Origin: Mantamonas sphyraenae STR306
Taxonomy: Eukaryota; Protista; CRuMs
Direction of reading: 5' to 3'
Assembly (NCBI GenBank): GCA_026936335.1
Contig: JAPMXV010000049.1
Coordinates: 248,001 to 312,000 of the forward strand
Length of the DNA: 64,000 nucleotides
Below are positions 50,489-63,705 of the stretch, one piece after another. The notes beneath the pieces are model-generated. The model was given only the letters and a program-made list of their open reading frames with translations, was not told the DNA's origin and made no database searches. Numbering within the stretch: the first letter of the stretch is position 1; every line of letters starts with the position of its first letter. Made by a program: the position numbers and the translations under genes.

Positions 50489-53400
50489 TCACCTCCTGCT
50501 TCCCCGTGTGCTTCCGGAGCTCTTCTTGCGTGTCCCGCTGCCCGCACTGCTCCCACTGCTTCCACTGCTTCCACTGCTCCCGCTGCTGCGACCCGTGTCG
50601 ATGCGGCTTTTGACGTTGGCGTACTTGCTCGACTTTTTCAACCCGTTGTCGCTTTTGGTGCGCGACAGCGTGGACCCCTGCATCAGCGACGAGCGCGACG
50701 CAATCGAGCTTGTGTATCGGCTGCTGCTCACAGAAGACGACGTCGTTGTTGTCGACGAACCCGTCGTCGACGACGATCCACTCGCCCCCGTGCGCCGCGT
50801 GCTGCCGCTGCTGCTTGCCCCATAGCGAGACGACAGACCACCCGACGACGTCGTGCTGCTTCCACCGCCTAGTCCGCTGCCAATTGTACCGTGGTTCCCG
50901 TTGCCCATGCCCGTTCCAAGGCCACTTTTGCTTGTTCCGCTGCTCCCAGTGCGTTTGCTCCCTGTCGACGACAAGCCACCATACGACGACCTGCCGCTGC
51001 GTCCCACACCTCCTGATGACAGTGACGAGCCACTGCTGCCTGTGCTGCCACCTCCATTCCCTGTGGTGCCGTTTGAAAGGCCAGAGTAGCTCGTGCGCGT
51101 CTTGCGGCCATTTCCGTTTACACCTCCTGCTCCTCCTCCACTTGTGCTTCCGCTCCCACCGCTGATGCCACTGACCCCACTGTTGCTGCTGCTGCCACTG
51201 TTGCTGCTGATGCTGGTCAGGCCCGATCCGTGGCCTGATCGCCCACTTTCGCGCCGTCCGCGTGATCCCGACGAGCTATGTCCGCTTTGGCCGTACCCGC
51301 TGCTGGCCACACTGATCTTTCGGTCGTTGCCGCTATGACTTGCGCTTCCGCTTCCCAAACCACTCTGTTTGCTCGTTTCGCTGTACTCGCTGGCCTTGGT
51401 GGCCAGCTCCTTCTCCTCTCGCTCCTTTGCCCTGTTGCTCTGCTCCGCACGCGCTGATCGGCTACCCCCCTTGTATGTCACAAAATCAATGATTGAGTTG
51501 ACGGCCATGGATGCTGCGTTGGCCACGTCCTTGTCTACGTCGCTCTTGAGAAACTCGGCGTAGTCGTTGATCTTTTGGATGTAGGTGCTGTCCCCAGGCA
51601 CGCTCATCCGCTGACGCACAAACACAAGCAGCGAACATACCTTGAGCCGCACGTTAGGGATGGGGTCGCGACACAGCTCCAGCATTGTGTCAAACAGGTG
51701 CGTTTCAAAGTACCGCACAGAAAACACCTCTAGCATCTGCTCGCAGATCTCAATAAACGTCATGCGGTGGATGCACGAGCCGCTCTTGCCAAACTCGCTC
51801 GTCAGCTTCTGCAACATAGCTTTGCGCGACTCGTTGCGCAGCATGTACCGCATCATCGTCAAATATACACGCGCAGCGGTGCGCTTTACCGGCACCGCTC
51901 CCTGCCGCAGCTGCGTCACCACCACAGGCACAAAGTACGCGTAGATCACATCCGACTCAAAGTACTTGTGCAAGTTGATCCACTGCGCCACAAACAAGTT
52001 CTGCGCTCGCCACGACCCCTTGACCAGCGATTCGAACGACGACAATATCGTCGGCACCAGCGTCCCTGCGAGCGACCCTGCAAGGCTCTGGTTGGCCGCA
52101 AACATGGCCATCGTGTGGTCGAAATGATAGTACAAGGTCTCTTTGACCTCCCGCGAGTCATCGTTCAGCAACTGTACAAAGATGGCCAGGAGGGGCTTCA
52201 GGTCGCTTTCGTTCACCAGCTTGACCACCTCGTGGAAGCCTGCCGCAAACGCAGAGCGCACACTGGCTTCGTCGTCGTTGGCCAACAGGATGGCAATTGC
52301 AGACAGCTGCGTGGAAAAATGCTTTGAGCCCGTGCACAAAGCCAGTGCAGGAAAGTTCAACGCCGCGTGTCGCCGCACCTCCACGTCGTCGTGCTCCGTC
52401 ATGCTGCGATAAAACTGAGCAAACGACTCCATCTCGTCGGTTTCTAGGTCGTCCTTGAATGTGTAAAGCACCTTGCCCACGTGCTGCGAGTATGCTCGCA
52501 CAATGTCGTCGTCGTTCTTCAGCATCAGCTCTTGCAACTGCGGCAGCGCCACCGAGTGCAGTGTGTTGCGTTCCAAAGTGTCGCACAACTGTACAAGGCT
52601 CTCAAACGCAGCCTGGCGCACTTCTGTCTCCTCGTCCTGCAGCAGCTCCAGGAGCTCGTTCAGCAAGCGATCCTGGCACGATTTCCTGTTGGGTCAAAAC
52701 GGTCCGCCGCACCGGATGTCAGCATCGCACACGCACATGCACTGCGCCCTGTGGAGACTCTCGCAACGACCACAGTCATCCCGTCGGCACCCACACCCTC
52801 TGCCGCCTGTGAGGCTGTTTGTGGGGAGAACGCGCAAGCCAAAAGGGCAGTCTCGCGCGATTCCACCGGCCACAATGTGCGCAAAATCCAAAACCACCTA
52901 CTTGACGTTGCCGATCATCACGGCGATCTGTGTGCACATTTCCTTGCGCACGTCACTGTCGATGTCCTGGCAAAGGGCCACGGAACGGTCCATAAACTCG
53001 CCGTTGAGGCAGTCGACGTCCAGGAGTGTGGTCAGCTTGCCAAACACTCGCGCTGCCGTGACCCGCACTGCCACGCAGTTGGACATGTCTGAACAATCCA
53101 GGGCAAAGTCCATGACCTGTGAACCACAAGTGTCACATACACACACACACACATGCACATGCACACGATGATGTCAGCTCGGGTACACCCGGCAATGCTG
53201 CCCGTTGTGGACCACACGCGCAAGAAGAGGGCCGAATTTGGGAAAACGCACCTTGCCCCGAAGCTCATCGGCACCCAGCCGCGTGCACAGCAGTAGCAGT
53301 GGTTTGTACCAGGCGTCCACAATCTCGTCACTCTGTGTCTTGGCCTGCACCATCTCCATCACAAGCGGCAGGACGTGCGCCACCAGGTCCGGACCGCCGA

Positions 53401-53905
53401 AGAAGCCGCGCTCCACAACCCGCTCCAGCGCTGCCACCGCCGCAAGCTGGAACGCTGTTTCCTTGTACTGCCTCACAGACTCCTGCGCTCGTACAGGCCA
53501 CAGCGCGTGTGCCCACATCACAATCGACCGCCGTGCATGTATGTCCAGGCCGTGGCGACGAGAACGCAGAAAACCAGAGGATGTGAGCAACTCGCTGCAA
53601 ACGGCTCCTGCCCTTCACTCCTTTCCACACACTGAACGCACCTCGAGCGCAGGAAGCACATCCCGAATGATATCGGCTGCCGAGTCCAGTGGCAGATGCA
53701 CAAGATCCCGAACGCCTGCCTCTCGTTGCAGTTCGTGCTCGCTGCTCACAAGGAACTGCACCCGTTCCACCTCGTTCAGGTTGTCTGGAAGCGTTAGCTG
53801 CTCCAGCTCCTCGCTCGACTTTGCTTGTTGCTTTACTTTCTCCGAGTCATCCTCGTCAGCCCACTCTGCGTCCACGTCCCACGACTGGAACAAATCGAGC
53901 GACAT
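50489..53905 (-). CDS. PPP4R4: Serine/threonine-protein phosphatase 4 regulatory subunit 4 (HEAT repeats), 968 aa with a long Ser/Gly-rich tail; exons 53905-53642, 53482-53252, 53116-52902, 52685-50489
   Basis: Motifs KSSEELEQLTLPDNLNEVER, LCQDIDSDVR, VRRHAALNFPA, VPVKRTAAR, DPIPNVRLK and DKDV occur in the order known for PP4R4. Three GT-AG introns give one continuous frame of 2907 nt. Confidence 0.9.
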
Positions 53906-54049
53906 CGCCAACGCGTTTGGCCCCGCGGCCGCACATGCCCCATGCAGCCGAAACTCGTCCAGGTGCAACACCGACAGCAGTTGGAAATGACTGCAGACAG
54001 CCAAACATGTGAGGTGGGTGTCCTTGACAGGGCCCCGGCCAACACAACA

Positions 54050-54960
54050 ATGTCCTCTTGTCCGTCCCCGGACGAATGCTTTGGCACCAAGAACAGCACC
54101 CTGCTTACAGACAGGCGTTTTCTGAGGTCTGGTGCCTGAGTGAGGGTGCCACATATGTCTGGTTTGTGTTTCTGCCAATGTTTGTCGCCATTGCTGGGGC
54201 CGCCATGATGATCGAAACTGCTCAGCGCCCAATCACCGTAACCTACTACAACGAAGCCGTGAAAAACTGGACGGCTCCCGACGGTGGCTACGCAACATTT
54301 CAGCCCACTCAGGTCACCCTCACGGGACCCAATTCGACTGCGCTGGCCACAAACACCTCTGTCGACCTCATTCACGACCCGGCCCCGGACCTTGCCACCT
54401 ACCCCACAAAGTACTGGAAGAAGCAGATGACCGTTACACGCAATTCCCGACGCACCCATATCGAACTCCGTGTCGGCAATTCGACCATCAAGTGGCGCGT
54501 TCAGAGCACCTACACACGCACCGACAAGGAAATCGACGCTGACGATTGCAAGAAGCAAGGTGGACGCGTCACAACCTTCCTCAGAAACTGCGAGTTCAAA
54601 GAGTACACCGCAGAGATGTGTCTCGCCGTCGTCCCACTCGGCAACGACCGATGGGAGACGACGAAAGAGGGAGGTTGTGCTCCGGCCAACGACTGGAAGC
54701 CGGCCTTTGCCTTTGACAGCTCCCCCACAGGCACCTGCTTGGTCACCGTACGCCACTACCGAGACCCCTACATCTACTTGCTCGACGGCACCAGCAGCAC
54801 CGCCACCCTGGGCCCGTACTTGCTCTTTGAGGCTGGCGCCGTCCTCGTCGGCCTCTCCATACTCTCCTGGATCTCCATGTGCTGCCTCTGCTGTGCCGCA
54901 AAGCGCAAGTCCATTGCCATTTCGGGTGGCTCGCAAGGTGGCGGCAATCTGCAATCTGAG
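54050..54960 (+). CDS. Uncharacterised two-transmembrane protein with a Cys-containing, glycosylated luminal loop (~300 aa; both ends uncertain)
   Basis: Hydrophobic segments VWFVFLPMFVAIAGAAMMI and LLFEAGAVLVGLSILSWISMCCLCC flank a loop with NWT/NST/NTS sites. The likely ATG at 54050 needs one extra T in the T-run at 54118-54121. As written, the frame reads on to 55476 over ELP1. Confidence 0.55.
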
Positions 54961-55021
54961 TGCCATCCAGCAATGCAATGCCACAGCCCTAGCCCACCCA
55001 CCCAAATCCACTCCATCCTCC

Positions 55022-58000
55022 ATGCGCAATCTCGACCTCTTGGAAGTGCGTTCCCATGCCATCCAGCTCGAAGATGGCGAGACCGTGTACCAGAGTTGCG
55101 TGGATGCAGAGTCCGGCCATGTGTACGTCGTCACCTCGGCCCAGGAGCTCCTTCACACCGACAAAGGCACCATTCTTTCTCGCGTCCCGCTCCCCATCGA
55201 CGCACACGACCGCGTCGTCGCCATGCAGCACGTGGCCGAGCAGGAGAGCGTCTGCCTGGCCTGTGCCGACGGGGATCTCCTCATGGTCGAGGGCGATCTC
55301 GTCGACGTGGTTGGTGCCGTCGACTCGGGCATCCTCGCCATGGCCTGGAGCCCCGACCAGGAGCTTCTTGTCCTGGCCACCATGGAATCCAGCCTCATCC
55401 TCATGAACAAGTCCTTCTTTGTCGTGGTCGAGGTCGACGCCGCCGCATCACTTTCCCAACCGGCCTCCGTTTATGAGCCCATCGACAAGAGCGCCAGCAG
55501 CAGCGCTGCCGCAGACCAATCCGAAGCAGAGGACGCACCCGTCTTTCTCGACGAGCCCATGGCCATTGCCTGGCGTCACGACGGTGCCTACTTTGCCGTC
55601 AACCAGCTCGACCAGCAGCTTGGTCGCCGCCTCCTCCGCGTCTGGGACCGTGACGCCGTCCTGCACTCCATCAGTGAGCCTCAGGACGGAGTGGGCCTCG
55701 CCACTGCATGGGGGTATGTTTGTTTGTTTGTATCCCTGCTCCTTTGCCCTGCCTCCATTCCGTCCGCAATCCTCAGCCAAAGACGATCCCTGGAAAATGC
55801 ACAGCCTGCAAACCTCCCGCTCGCCTGCCCTGCGCTCCCGGTACATGCTCATCCCGTCCGCACACTCACATCGTCTCCTCTCGCGTAACACACACACACA
55901 CACACACACACGTAACCATACACACGCACAGTGCGCATCCTCTGATTGTTACCCCACAGCTTCAGCCGAATCGCCACGACATTGTCTTTCACGAGCGCAA
56001 CGGCCTGCGCCACGGTGAATTCACCCTGCCCCACACCGAAACAACCACACTCGTCGCAAACTCCCACTCCGAGGGCGACAAGAAGCACAGTGCAAACGCC
56101 GCGGCCGAAAACACCCTCGTCCTCGCACTCGCCTGGAATCCCGCCGCACAAGTCCTGGCCGTCCATCTCCAGCAGGACGACCGCCAACGCGTTCAACTCT
56201 GGACAACCAGCAACTACCATTGGTACCTCAAGCAGGAATACCTTCTCCAACACCCGCTCGCCTCCCTCCTCTGGCACGAAGAGCGCGACATGACTCTCTA
56301 TCTTGTCCACTCCAACGGCTGTGTCCAGCGTCGCTCCTATGCTATGGCTACCCACCAACCCCTTGGTGCCTCTGCACGCAATCTCGCTGACCTTGCTGTC
56401 ATCGACGGTGACCATCTGCTCCTCACTCCTCTTCGCCGCGCCGTCGTCCCGCCTCCCATGAGCGCTGCCACAGCCACTCTCCCTGCTCCGGCCCTTCGCG
56501 TCACATTTGGTCCCAACCACGACATGGCTGTCTTTGCATCCGATCACGCCCTCCACATTTTCCCCTACATGCCAGCAGAACGGTCCGACTCGGCGCGGCC
56601 CTCCTTCTACGCCATCGAGCAACAGCTGGAACCCGCACACTCCCTTGCTCTCCAGCTTCCGGACGCACTCCCTGCTTCCTCTCTCTGGGCTCTCACCTGG
56701 CTCCACGACGATCTCATGGCTGCCCTCACAGCCTCTCACCTCCTTATCCTCTCCATTGACCTGGCCAACGCCTCCCTCACCTGTACCCACCGTATCCCAC
56801 TTCCTTCTCAGCCCCTGGGTCTCGACTACAACGCCGATCTCGCTCTTCTCCTCCTCCAGCTTGCAGACGGCTCCGTCCATGCATCAACGGCCTCTCCACA
56901 CAGTCAGCCTATGAGCGGCAGCTCAGCAACCACGACCCGTCCTCCGCCTCGTCCTCTTCATCCTTCTTCCGCTTCCTTTGCCATCCAACGCATGATGGGC
57001 ATCTTTGCCGACGACGACGATGCCGACGATGAAGGCCATGATGGTGACTCGGAGGAGGCACAGGAATCTTCTGACGAGCAAGGCAACGCGCTCAAGCCTC
57101 ATCTCGTGCCTCTCACAGACCCAGAGGGCAACCAGATCGTGTTTGACAACGCCTGCGCCTGGTTCCGCAGCTGTCTCCTGGGTGGCGACGTCGTCAGCGT
57201 TGTTGGTCGTACCGAGCGCTTCCACCTGTACATTGGCAACCGAACGCTCAGCCACGACTGCAACTCCTTTGCTCTCACCGACGACCATCTCCTCTACACA
57301 ACCATTCGCCACACCCTGCACTTTCTCGCCCTCGAGAATCTCGACTTGCCCGTCTCTGCCTTTCGCGACGGCCGTCCCCTGCCAGACACCGCCATCGACG
57401 ACTCCCACCGCGCCCTCGAACGTGGCTCTTTCATTATTTCCTGCATTCCCAGTGCAGCACGCCTCGTTCTCCAGATGCCCCGTGGCAACCTCGAAACCGT
57501 CTATCCGCGTGCCCTTGTCCTCTCTGCCATTCGACGCCAGCTCGACCTCCAGCAATATCGAAAGGCCTTTCTCCTCATGCGCAAGCACAAGATTGATCTC
57601 AACCTCCTTTGCGACTACGACCTCCAGCGATTCCTGGATGACGTCCCCCTCGTCGTCCAGCAGCTCCACAGCGTCGACTACATCAACCTTTTCCTCTCCA
57701 TGCTCCGCACTGAAGACGTCACTGCAACCATGTTCTGCGGCATGCACCGCATCCTCGACTCCCAGGCCGACAGGGACGCACACGCAGCGCTCATCTCAAA
57801 CAAGATCAACCTTGTCTGCGACAGCTTCCGCAGCGTCCTACAGGGAGAGCCCCTCTACTTGCCCTGCACCCTCAGCACCTATGTCCAGAAGCAGCCAGCC
57901 GAGCTCGAACAAGTCCTTGAACTCGTCCGTCAATTGCGAGACAGCGAGCAAAACGACGACGATCACGAAAACGTGCGTGTCGTCACTCTGCGTGCAGGCA

Positions 58001-59412
58001 AGTCCGCTCGCAGCGGCAGCAGCTCCTCCGGCGACAAATTGCCGTGCTCGCTCGGCCATGTCGTCTCTGACGGCAAGCTGCTCACGGCGGAGGAGGCTCT
58101 CGACTTTGTCATCTTTCTCGTCGACGTCGACTCGCTTTTTGACGTCGCCCTTGGTTTGTATGACTTTGACCTCGTCAACATGGTCGCTGCCAAGTCCCAG
58201 AAGGACCCCAAGGAGTATCTGCCCTTCCTGGAGAAGATGCAGGCCTACGAAGGCGACGAGCAGCACTACATGATCAACATGCATCTCAAGCGCTACCATC
58301 GTGCCCTGCGCTCACTCAGCCGTCTCGGCGCAGAGCGTTTTGACGACTGCATCCAACTCATCACCAAGCACAGGTTGTTCCGAGAGGCACGCGAGCTCTT
58401 TGAGGGCGACGAGCTGGCTCGTGTCCACACCGCTCACGGCGACCATCTCATGGCCAAGGGTGAACACTACGCAGCCGCATTGGCCTTTCAGCGTGGTCAA
58501 CAGCCTCACAAGGCCATCGAGGCCTACCAGCAGGCCTTGGATTGGCGCATGGCCCTCGCCCTAGCCGAAGATGTGGGTATGGACCAGGACGCACGTCGGG
58601 CCATGGCCTACGCCATGGCACAGAGCATGCGCAGTGCAGGGCGCTTTGAAGAAGCCTCACGCGTGCTCGTCGAATACTGTGACGACGTGGAAATGGCCAT
58701 CGAGTATGTTGCCTACGCCCTGCAGTGGGCCGAAGCCTTCCGCCTCTGCCACCAACACGGCCGCACAGACATGATCGAGACACACATCCGCGACATTGCC
58801 GAAGAGACAGCCGAATACCGCCTGGACCAGATCAAAGAAACCATCGCCGAGGTGCTGAAGAACCAGAAGCGGATTGTGGTCGTCCAACAGCTCAAGAAAG
58901 AGATGGTCGAACTGGGCCTCGTGTACGGTCAAACCATGATTGAAGACAACGAAAACGCAGACGCCATGTCCGAGACTGGCTCCACACGCAGCTACCGCTC
59001 CTTTGCCAGCCGCTCATCCTACAGCAGCAAGAGCAGCAAGAGCAGCAGCAAGCGCAGCCGCAAACGTGCAGAGCGCAAAAAGGCGCGTGGCAAGGAGGGC
59101 TCCGAGTTTGAAGAGGAATATCTCCTGGAGCAACTCTTCAAAGCCATCCCCAGCTCCACCATGCAGTGCGAAATCCGCGACCTTATCCGCGTCCTTTACC
59201 AGTACGAGTTTGAGGACGAAGCCAAGGAGCTGCAGGACACCTTTCAGCGCCTTGTCGACGTCACCTCTGCTCCGGTTCCCGAGCACACAGACGTGCCCGA
59301 GTGGATGCTTGAGGATGAAGGGCTCGACGAGCTCCTCAAGTACCCCGTCCCCTACCACGCCAAGGAGCGTCCTGCGCCCATCCACTGGCGACTTGAGCTC
59401 CTCGATGAGTGA
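55022..59412 (+). CDS. ELP1: Elongator complex protein 1 (IKI3/IKAP), 1390 aa; exons 55022-55713 and 55932-59412
   Basis: MRNL start, WSPDQE, WRHDGAYFAV, ERNGLRHGEF, NYHWYLKQ, LQMPRGNLETVYPR, SQKDPKEYLPFL and the basic RKRAERKKARGKEG region. Intron GTATGT...CACAG of 218 nt. Confidence 0.96.
55887..55930 (+). repeat. (CA)n microsatellite in the ELP1 intron
   Basis: acacacacacac run. Similar CA/TG tracts lie in introns at ~53134-53165 and ~49490-49556. Confidence 0.8.
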
Positions 59413-59541
59413 TTTGCTGGGATCAGATGCTTGGCAGGAGTGGCCTCTGTCCTGTCGTCCTGACGCCAAAGAAAGGAAGCACCACTTGCCCAATCCCTCC
59501 CTTCCCCAATCCCGCCAAGGAATTCGTCTTTGTCTTTTTGC

Positions 59542-60979
59542 ATGCCTCCATCTCTCAGCACCCTCAGCCTCATGCTGATGGCGATGGGCTCATTGTTGCT
59601 GTGGACACCCGTGCAGGCACAGGATCCCGGAGCCATGCCCTACAACGGGGACGTCCACGCTGGCACGCCCGCAATCGACCCGCTCACGACAGAGACCACC
59701 CCAGTTGCGGCCTCGGCCACGGCGACACCTACGGCAACACCTTCGGCGACACCTTCGAGTCCAGGTAGCCAGAAGGACAGTGCAGGGAACGGGGAGAGCC
59801 CCGTGAAGAAGCTGGAGGTCAACAAGGCCGTGGAAATAACTCTGGCCAAGGACAGCTGGGCGTACTTTTCCTTTCAGCCCACAAACAGCTCTGATCGAGT
59901 GTTTCTCTCCGCCGTCACCTCCTGGGTCCATCTGCCCGTCATTCTCGTGAGCAGGTCAACCACACGTCCCACCAAGGCCACCGCAGAATGGACCGCAGGC
60001 GTCAAGGACGACCGAAACGGCCTCACCCTCTGGTCCGGCAGCAGCCCGGCCTACCTCGGCGAGAAGTTGTACGTGGCCGTGGGACGCAAACTCGCAGTCA
60101 CTCTTGACACTGGCTCAGCGGCAGCAGCAAAGACAGGCGACAATGCCGACGACGGCGACGGTTTGGACTTGACACCCGTGTTTACAACATTCAACGCAGG
60201 CGAACGGACCCTTCAGCAGCATAGCAGCGCTAGTGACAGCAGCACTAGCAACAGTGGCTCACAGCCAGACAACGAGGTGGTTACCGAAGCGGTTCAGAAG
60301 AAGCTCAACGCCCCAACGCAACTGCTTGTCCGCGCTCGCACCTACTCCTCCTCCCAGCTCGCCCCCAGCGAAGGCGCACACATTGTCGTCAACCAAGTCA
60401 GCAAAGATCTGTGCAAAGGAGAGGTTTGGGTCGCCTGGCACACTGCCAAATCCCCTTCCTCCTCCAGCGACCTTAAATACCGTGTGTATTTCCGGTGAGT
60501 TGCCCACTTGCCCAATTTGCCAGACCCTTTTTTCGGCTTTCCGTCCGCCTGGTCCCCCCGATTTCATGCTCACGCACACCCTCACGCAACCTCGCCCATC
60601 CAACAGAACCGGTGTGGGTTCCAATGTTACCCACATCGACTCCCAACTGAATGCCGTGTCTGCCCTGGAAAAGAGCGCAACCGCGAGCGAAAGCCATTGG
60701 AGTACGTTTGGCTCTCGCGTCTTTGTCAATAAGCTCGTCGACATGCCTCGCAACAACCAGTACGAGTGCCGCGACTACTGGTTCAATGTGGTTGCCAAGG
60801 ACAAGGCCGGCAACAAGATTCCCTACCTCGCCCAGAGGTTTGTCGTCACCGGTGGCCAGCACTGTGCAAGCGGACGCTGTTCACCCTTCTACAGTGCTGC
60901 TTCACACCCTTTTGTATTGATTTCCACTCTTCTCGGCGCCTTTGTGGCATGCACCATCTCGCTGTTTGCATTTTCATGA
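59542..60979 (+). CDS. Secreted, probably GPI-anchored protein with beta-sandwich and fibronectin type III-like domains (~441 aa); exons 59542-60494 and 60607-60979
   Basis: Signal peptide ending ...WTPVQA and a T/P/A-rich stalk. FnIII-like pattern VWVAW...KYRVY...YWFNVVAKDKAGN. Hydrophobic C-terminus with no cytosolic tail. Intron GTGAGT...AACAG of 112 nt. Confidence 0.7.
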
Positions 60980-61017
60980 CAAAGAAACACCCAACCACAC
61001 CCAACAACCCCTCCTTT

Positions 61018-63677
61018 TCATCCTTCTTCCATGCCCGGGATCAGCGACGCTGCCTGCCGACGTGTTGCCGGACTCAGCACCGCATGCGGCGGAGATATTT
61101 GCGCAGGCGGAGCCCCACGTCCTGGCACGGCAATGCGCAGCTGCTTGCGCTTACCCTTGCTCCCGCCACTTGCGTTGCTCGTCGTCGATAACCTGGACCG
61201 TGATCGCGTCGAGTCGCCACTCGCAGAGCTTGCTTGGCTCAGTGCATCGTCGTCACGTGCCTCGGCGGACGCCGACGACGTGCTCCTCCCTCGCCGTTGT
61301 TGCGGCGCACGCGGCGACCGGCCTCCGCCATTCATGCTCTGCACCATGGCGCTCTCAAAGTTCAAAAAGTCGCTCGGGCTCTCGATTGGCAGAGTCTGTT
61401 GGCCCGAAAACGACGAGCCCGTGCTTCCGCTCCCTGAGTTGCTCGTCGCCACACTCAATTTCTGCCGTTTCCGCTCACGTGCGCTTCCTGTGTCCCGTGA
61501 AGAGTTCAAATCACTCTCCCTTTTGGTACGCCCGCCTCCACTGCGTTCGCCAGCCCGGCCGCTGCTCTTGCCCACCCCGCCACCTTGTTGCGTCTGGTTT
61601 CCTGCGCTGTTGCCTCGAGCCCCTGCCAAAGACGAGCTGCTTGTGCTCGTCGTTCTCGTTGAAGTGCTCGTGGTTGAGCTCGTGCCACTTTGGGGTCCTC
61701 CCTGTTGACCCTGGTTGCTGGTGGCCTCTGTCCCCTGCCCCTTCTTGGTTAGCACGTCGTCCCAGTTGATATTGAAGAACGACGACGGCGTGTACGGCAT
61801 CGGCGACACAGGCGACATTGCGTTGGTTTGCATGTACACGCTCGGTGTAAGAGGCGTGATCATCACAGGCATTCCTTGCTGTGTCATCGCAAGTTGAGAC
61901 CCAGGCGGCATCCCGCTAAACTGCATGTACGATCCAAACAGCGCTTCGTACGCCTCCGGAGGCATTGGTTTCCCTGTCATTCGCGTTGGGCAGACCCAGG
62001 CTCATTCTACGCCCGCTTGACTGTGCGGCACTGGTTCCCGTGCCTCCAGACTCCTCTTTTCCTCCGTTCCCAGCGCCTGTGCTGTCGCTGCTGCTTGCCC
62101 TCCGTGTGCCTCTACCTGTGGCCCCGTCTTCAACCTCCATCGCTTCCCCCGTTGCCTTTTCCACATCCTTCAGTGCCGCCTCCTCGTCCAGCTCCCCGCT
62201 CATCAGCTGTTTGCTCACCTCGGCTGCAGCCGCTGCTGTCTTGGGCGTCGGCGGCATCACCCCCTGCAGCATGGCTTGCACCTGGTCGGCTGCCTGCTTT
62301 TGCACATTTGCCACCTCGTCGTCGCTTAGCAGATTCAGTCGAATCACGGGCATCGTTCCGCCCTGCCCTGCCCCCGAGCCGCCCTCCTCCTCCTCCTCCA
62401 TCTCCTCCTCCTCCTCCATCGACTGGTTCAGGTCTGTGCGTGGCTTGCGCTTGCGTCCACTTCGACGCACAGGCGCTCCGTCTGCATCATCGTCCTGCTC
62501 GTCGTTCTTGGCCTCTGCCGCGCGCTTCTCCTCCTCCGCAACCGCCGCCACTGCTGCCGCCGCCACGTCCGCAGATGACGTCGCCGTGTTTGTCATCCCT
62601 GCGCTTTCGCTTTGTCGTCGCTGGTACTCCGAGAACATTTGTTGGAAAAGCTGCACAGAAGGGCTCAGAAGCCCTGGCGACGGGATGGGCATGTTCAGAA
62701 CGTTCTCGCCCCCGCTCCCCATGCCTGGCGTGGGCAGGTTCGTGTCCAAAGCCTCATCCATGGGCGGAAACGTAAACGAGATGCCACCCGTGGGTGTCTT
62801 GGTCACCACGGGTGTCAGCGACTGGTTGTTCAACAACGCCAGGTTGATTTGCTGTTGCTGCTGTTGCCATTCCGACAGGGTTGTCGTGTCCACCGTCGAC
62901 ATCTCATCTCGCTGTCGTTTCGCCTGGTTCCGCCTCAAATTGCTGTTCCAGTGGTTTTTGATCGCGTTGTCTGTGCGACCCGGAATCCGCTTCGCAATCG
63001 CCGACCATTTGTTTCCCAGCTCCCTGTGCGCCTCCACAAGCATCCTCTCCTCTTCTTCACTCCACGGACCCTTCTTAATGTCCGGGTTCAGCTGATTGTG
63101 CCACCTGTCCGTCCCGCACGCCCTCGTTTCCTTGCGTCAGCTCGTTGTTTTCCGACGTTTTCCCGCCCTGCGCTTCCCGCCCCCCTCATGTCACCAACCC
63201 ACCTTTCTCGACATTGTTTTCCGCCCCGGTTCACAAAGTGCTTTGAAATATACGTCCACTTCTTCGTCCCATGCATTTCTACCATCTCCCGCAGCTTGTC
63301 GTCCTCCTGCACAGGGTTATCTCGTACGTGTCAGTCTCTGCACTCCGACTTTGTCGCCTCCCGGTAACCGCCGCGAAACGGCCCTCTTTTCTTTTCCAAC
63401 CTCGCCTCCAGATTCCTCCGGTTGCTCCCTCCCTCCTCCTTCACACACTCACGCCCACCCGATCTGAACCCGCGCCCCTCTCCCACATACCTCTTTTGTC
63501 CAAGGTCTCTTTTTGCGCCCTCGGTGAGACATGTCGTTTGGCTCGTCGTTTGGTGCCGCCTGCGCTGCGCGTCTCGGCCCACACAGCCAGTGAGTTTTGC
63601 CACCTTGCTGCCACCCGACCACGCACACAAACCACCCGACCCCGCGCCATACTCACCCTTGCCTCACATTCACCCAT
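61018..63677 (-). CDS. R2R3 (c-Myb-like) transcription factor; exons 63677-63657 (tentative), 63559-63491, 63306-63203, 63104-61018 with a +1 frame break near 61970-62000
   Basis: Spliced product KRPWTKEEDDKL...KWTYISK...[26 protein letters not shown]...[24 protein letters not shown], followed by a long low-complexity tail. An alternative start exists at ATG 63532. Confidence 0.88.
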
Positions 63678-63705
63678 CCCTGCCAGATCGTCGCCTGTGC
63701 TTGCA

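Noticed and set aside
61968-61976. GGGAAAC slippery heptamer at the Myb frame break
   Set aside because: It is not in the X XXY YYZ phase and the required shift is +1, not -1. A homopolymer indel is simpler.
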